From Hormiphora californensis (lineage: Eukaryota; Animalia; Ctenophora): a stretch of DNA of 64,000 nucleotides. Positions within the stretch are counted from its first letter, which is position 1; each line of letters starts with the position of its first letter. The stretch spans positions 3,534,001-3,598,000 of the forward strand of contig CM035360.1 in assembly GCA_020137815.1 (NCBI GenBank). The letters run 5' to 3'. The position numbers and the translations under genes were made by a program. The notes under the pieces are model-generated. The model saw nothing but the letters and a program-made list of their open reading frames with translations, ran no database searches and was not told the DNA's origin. Shown here in pieces: positions 24,157-64,000 of the stretch.

Positions 24157-24324
24157 ATTTTGTGTCGTTTAAAGTCGTTTTAATTTGAGTGGGATAGTTT
24201 TGTGTCAGTGACTGTTTATTTGTGTACATAATTTTATTCGTTCTTTCAAATTCAAATACTGGATACTGCATTGTTTTTTATAACACTAACCCCTTCACTT
24301 CCCGATTTTAGGAGGGTCCTGTTT

Positions 24325-25437
24325 ATGTATGTGAGAAGATCCGGTCCCGCTGGGCACGCATGTGCTCTCCTCCTCTCATCCCCCTCACCTCGATCTCTCG
24401 CCTCGACACCAACATCATCCAAACGTAAAAATCCCAACGCAACGTTTCCCAAAAGGTCCCACTGCAAAGTTTTCCCACGTTCTCGCGGATGTGCCTCATA
24501 ATGTTTCGCCCATCTTGGATCGGTTAGCCTTGCCGGTGAGGCATGAACTTTACGCTCGATTTTGTATTTCTCTTCTCAAGGACTATGGTATTCAACTGAA
24601 GTTGTCCCAAAGTGGAAAATGGAGTACAGGGTTAGAAGGTTGTTGGAGTTTGGGCTGAAGGGAAGACTTTTCAACGTGCAGGCTTCCTGTTCACTTCATC
24701 TCGGACCTTAGCTCAAGTCGGTCAGTTCGGAACTCGCTGATAGAAAAAGGCACCTGAAAACACGATTAACATCATCATCAACAACCTAGGATTCAAATCT
24801 GATCAGATCAAACTGTTTGTCGCTTCCGAAACACCCACACTGCTGCTATCTGTTTTTGATGGTTCACCCAACTGGATGCAATCTAATGTCCCCACCTCAC
24901 GACACCGCAATGTCCAGGTGCAACGTCATCTGCATACCCAGAAATGGGACAGAAAGGTGGGGTTCAGTACGTACAGTATCAACAAGGAACAACGTACAAT
25001 TCCCGAGTCTGTCCTGAATCGAGGTCTCTCTCTTGTTCTCCTTAATCGGGCCCTAACCGCTCTGGCTCCAGGACTTACCGCTGGAAAGGTGGTGTACAAT
25101 CGGAGTAATAAGGAGAGGAAGACCGCCCTACGAACTCAATTTGCCTCCACCCTCCTGTACAGAGAAGCCAAGGAGGACAAGATGAGGTGTCTCCGAGATG
25201 TGGTCGCTGAGGCCAATGAGCGGGACAGAATGGCACTCAGAGAGTCACTACAGGATTTGATAGTGGATGAAAGTGCAGAACGGTACTTTAGTGGAGTGAC
25301 CCGCAGTAACGATTTAGGGACTGTATTTAGCAGCTTATTCCTTGATCAGCACCAACAGGCGCATCATAGTTTACACAACAGGAGGAATTCTTGGCCTTGA
25401 GGATTTTAGAGAGAGAGTTTTTACGGTTGGAGTTTAA
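24325..25437 (+). CDS. Unknown protein (~370 aa), interrupted by about five frameshifts
   Basis: Protein-like segments hop between frames, mostly at homopolymers (MYVRRSGPAG..KRK / IPTQRFPKG..LKLS / KWKMEYRVRRLLEFGLK / EDFS..LIE / APENTINIII..SLF / ISTNRRIIVYTTGGILGLEDFRERVFTVGV*). The N-terminus is Arg/Ser-rich. Confidence 0.55.
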
Positions 25438-25721
25438 TTTTCATACAAGTGTGGCCCTCATTTTGAAAGAAACGTAGTTGTGTGAAAGATCTGTTTTCTA
25501 ATTTATTTACGAAAAATCAAAATTTCTTAAGCGTATTTTCTTCTGACCCCAAAACCTAGTTCTCCCAGCTCCACACATACCATCTAAAAAAAAATTTTTA
25601 GTACCCATTCTCCCCCATCGCTCATCTGCGAACTACCCCCAAGCCGCAAGCGCCCTGGTACCAGGTACCTCTAATCCCCCACCGCTTATTCTACCTCCCT
25701 CCCACGCAGCGTGCCGTCATC

Positions 25722-28186
25722 ATGTTGGAAGCTGCGGAGATGTTCGAGAAGCATATTTACAAGGAGGCTCTAGAGCAGGCCAGCAGCTTCAATACCCGCC
25801 TCCTTGTTGAGAGACAATCCCGATTACCCTTCCTTGATACCCAGACCAACATCGCTCAGGTGAGAACTGGATAGAAACTAAAATCTTGAAGTTATAATCT
25901 ACTGTTTTATGAGTTGTCATGACGTGTTCTAAACCCGTTCTAATCTACAGGTTGATTGTAAATTATGGAGGAACAAGTGTGAGCGGGTGGAACCCTTGCA
26001 GAATGGTCAGGAATACTCGTACCAGGTATGACATTAGCTGTACTCATACACGATGAAAGTAGTGTGCATATGGTTATTTCTAATTCTTTGAACAATCGTG
26101 CCTAGATACGAAGAAAAAAAACATCGATCTACTGCTAATCATGATATATATCATTATATTAGGTTCGGTACTGGAAGAAGTTGCCTAAAGTAAAGAAAAC
26201 TATCCGGGATGAGACGACGGGGGAGGTGAAAGAAACTGAAGAACCAGCCCAACCTACCACCGTGACGGGTGGTGCAGTTGTGTTTAAACAAGAGTTAATA
26301 CCCGATGAGAGTATGGATACGTCACCCAGTGAGCCGACACCGGAGGAGCTCAGTCCCTCTAGTGATGATTATGATGTGAGTATGGGAGGTTCATGCCATA
26401 ACTCATCACTATCCCAATTATATATCACTACTTTTTTCAAGTGCATTGTGTATTATTTTTCAGTCATTTATACTTCTACATGCCCTTAACGCTCTGTTTT
26501 TCCCCTCAGTATTATGCCGATCGGAAGCGCAAGAGACAATCCCGAAACAGCCGCCGTACCAAAGTAGACAACCTGAGACGGGGATCTCGTTCTCGTAAAA
26601 GCAGCGTGATAGGAACAAGGAATAGCGGCCGGAAAGTAGAGGATGTTGACCCTGAACCAGCACCATTAACCACTGAACCTGCAGCAAAACAACCTGATAC
26701 TGCCGGCGTTAAAGTTGAGGAGTCAGACTCTACAGCTGCTCCTACTCCTGATGCTTCCATAAAAACCGAACCGGGACAAGCAGCACCGACTAAGGGCAAG
26801 AAGAGTGGGGTGTGCGATGTATGTGGAGGAGATAACAGGTGAATTGTTACCTCATTGTGACCTCCTTTACCCCACCACTTACTTGAATTTTGAATTTCAG
26901 AGACCCCTGATCCCATCACATATTTGCATTCTCCTGACTGTCTCACTAACTCATCCCCCCTCTCAGTAAAAACAAGAACACCGGTCTAGCTGAAGAGATG
27001 GTATCCTGTGTGGATTGCGGCCGATCTGCACACCCCTCCTGCCTGCAATTCGAGGGTCAACTGGCGGAGACTGTAAAGCAGTACAACTGGCAGTGTTTGG
27101 AGTGCAAGAGCTGTAGTATTTGTGGTAAGAAAATGCGATCATGTGCCTGTAAGAAGGAGTAGAGAGAGAGAGAGAGAGAGTAAGGGAATGAGGGAAAGAG
27201 AAAGATAGAGAGAGAGAAAAAGAGAGGAAGAGAGAAATTGTAGAGATATCGCATTTGAAGAAGAGTTCAAGAGAGTTTTGAGGAAAAAAGTTCGATGTTC
27301 AAAGAATGAACTTTAGGTTATAAACTTTAGATTTTGAGTGTTTTGTTTTTGTTTGTATGTTTGCCGCTGAAAAAGTTAGGGCACAAGTTAAATATTATGA
27401 ATTTACGGATTTACCCTTTGATTTACAGGCAAAGAGTCTTAATTAATTATTGATAACTGTGGGAATTTCATTATTATTATTAATCAATTATATCCAATTA
27501 CACACTTGGTATGCGAGATTATATAATCGCCTCAGAATTTTTAGCCGACTCTATAATGATCGGTCTGTAAAATATTACTGTTTATATAATATATACATCG
27601 TGTGTATGTGTGTTTTGTCACTGGTTTATATTTACTCAGTTCTTATATTACGCTGTGGTAAAAACACTGCTGTTTTATTTCTCCAACTCGGTGGCTCTCT
27701 GACACTAATGTGAGTGGACCGCATCGGCTAATCGCAGATTAGCTGTATCTTCCATCTCTCCTCCCTACCAACACGATCAGAAAGGGGAGGTCCTCTCTCT
27801 TTTTCATAATCTGAGGGAGGATTAGGTCTGTCCGATTCTATAACGCGACTACCATCCACACTTCTAGAGATATCATCTCTTTCTCTCCTTGGTAGTGAGA
27901 GAGAGATGGTATCTCTAACCGATCCCTCCTTGATATATCATCTCTCTACTTGATTCTTGAAAGAAAGAGAGAGAGATGGTATCTCGATCCCTCCTCTCGT
28001 CAAGTTGCCACCGGGGCATCTTTGCCCTCTCCTCACACCCTCCCTCATCCCTCAGGAACGTCTGATAACGATGACCAGTTGTTATTCTGCGATGAGTGTG
28101 ACCGAGGATTCCACATGTACTGTCTGAAACCAAAGATTGAACGGCCACCCGAGGGTAGTTGGGTTTGTCATATGTGCAAGAAATGA
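25722..28186 (+). CDS. DPF2: DPF/d4-family BAF45 subunit (Requiem N domain + double PHD), co-orthologous to DPF1/2/3
   Basis: Exons 25722-25859 ([34 protein letters not shown]), 25951-26025, 26163-26375, 26510-26838, 26967-27124 ([30 protein letters not shown]) and 28056-28186 ([33 protein letters not shown]). Confidence 0.93.
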
Positions 28187-28749
28187 GGAGGGAGAAAATT
28201 AGGAGGGAGAGTGAGACAGAAAGACAAGTTTATTAACTAAATTTTAATTTACCGAAACCCCCGGATTTATTATCTAATGCATTATTATGGAGTGAGTGTC
28301 ACCGAAAGATAGATCTTTTATTTTATGATACAACTGGACCATTAGCAATCATCTAAACTATTTCTTTATTTTTCCTGCACCCATCTGCACCTGACCCTTT
28401 CTTGCATTGTTAAGAGAGTTAGAGAGGGTGAACCAGCTGTAGATAGCGACTGATTTCACAAAAGAAAACCCGACCAATAATAAAGCAATAATAAAGCACT
28501 TTAGGCAACCCGAATATGACCAGAAAAACAGAGTGTGTTAATTTTCTTATTATATATTACATGTTTATTTTGTTCGTCATCATATAAATTTATTACGACT
28601 TTAATCTTATTATACACGAAGAGAGAGATGTTTCTTTTATAATCTGTAATACCACCAAATATATATGATCAATAAAATCACTATTCAACCAGATCTATTT
28701 GATATGTATATCTTCAATCTTCCCACCTCTCTTCTCACACATATAGTGC

Positions 28750-63575
<34,826 letters not shown>

Positions 63576-63669
63576 GTAACTAGCTATACAGTACACGCTC
63601 TCTATCCATTGAATGTGTTACATCTGATTTAAGCGCCAAAATTATGATGGTCTTTGTCTCACTAGATAT

Positions 63670-64000
63670 GGGGGGGGGGGTGACACGTAACACTTTGTAA
63701 CACTTTGTTCGGGGCCTGGCAAGGCCCCCCGACCCGAATATAACCCAAACTCAACCCATCCCCCCTAAAACATCCCCCCTAAAACTAAGACAACGGGGCC
63801 GAGCCGACAGGCCCTTAATACCAGATGAAAAAAAAACCATTCGGGGCCTGGCAAGGCCCCCCGACCCGAATATAACCCAAACTCAATCCATCCCCCCTAA
63901 AACATCCCCCCTAAAACTAAAACAACGGGGCCGAGCCGACAGGCCCTTAATACCAGATGAAAAAAAAACCATAAAACCATAACCATAACCATAACCATAG
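63670..64000. mobile_element. Left end of a poly-G capped element, interrupted by a 2x132-bp duplicated hairpin/CCGACCCGAA end
   Basis: G-run plus (GTAACACTTT)x2, then tandem 63708-63839 / 63840-63971 beginning TTCGGGGCC-tggcaa-GGCCCCCCGACCCGAA, then (ACCATA)n. Confidence 0.65.

Noticed and set aside
27865-27990. Two small hairpins in a DPF intron as miRNA/snoRNA
   Set aside because: The stems are built from AG/CT low-complexity sequence and no box motifs were recognised.
63968-64000. (ACCATA)n as a telomeric repeat
   Set aside because: Only a few copies, not TTAGGG, and located inside an intronic mobile element.

Overview
Eukaryotic animal DNA with compact intron-containing genes, many (AG)n microsatellites and dense non-autonomous DNA transposons. 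The GPCR style and repeat families suggest a ctenophore (Pleurobrachia-like); this is inference. Genes found: the 3' part of a MAPK-phosphatase-type DUSP, an intronless ~10-TM membrane protein, Cu/Zn SOD and a short FBXO31-like F-box gene (minus strand). Next comes a tightly packed plus-strand cluster: a 38-aa microprotein resembling ATP synthase subunit j, an OFA-family MFS transporter with a presequence-like N-terminus, DHDDS, an unknown frameshifted ORF, DPF/d4, and a WW+PIN SWT1-like gene. The SWT1-like gene spans more than 34 kb. Its ~21-kb third intron hosts two antisense genes (a GPI-anchored Ig protein and a GPCR) and several nested transposons. The most striking structure is at 9544-15533, arranged S-S-S-L-L-L, as expected for an element that repeatedly inserts into a fixed site inside itself; a related element end is duplicated at the window end. 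32089-38502 is a very noisy direct copy of ~25480-31932 and is probably an assembly artefact. Several genes carry single-base frameshifts that look like consensus errors.
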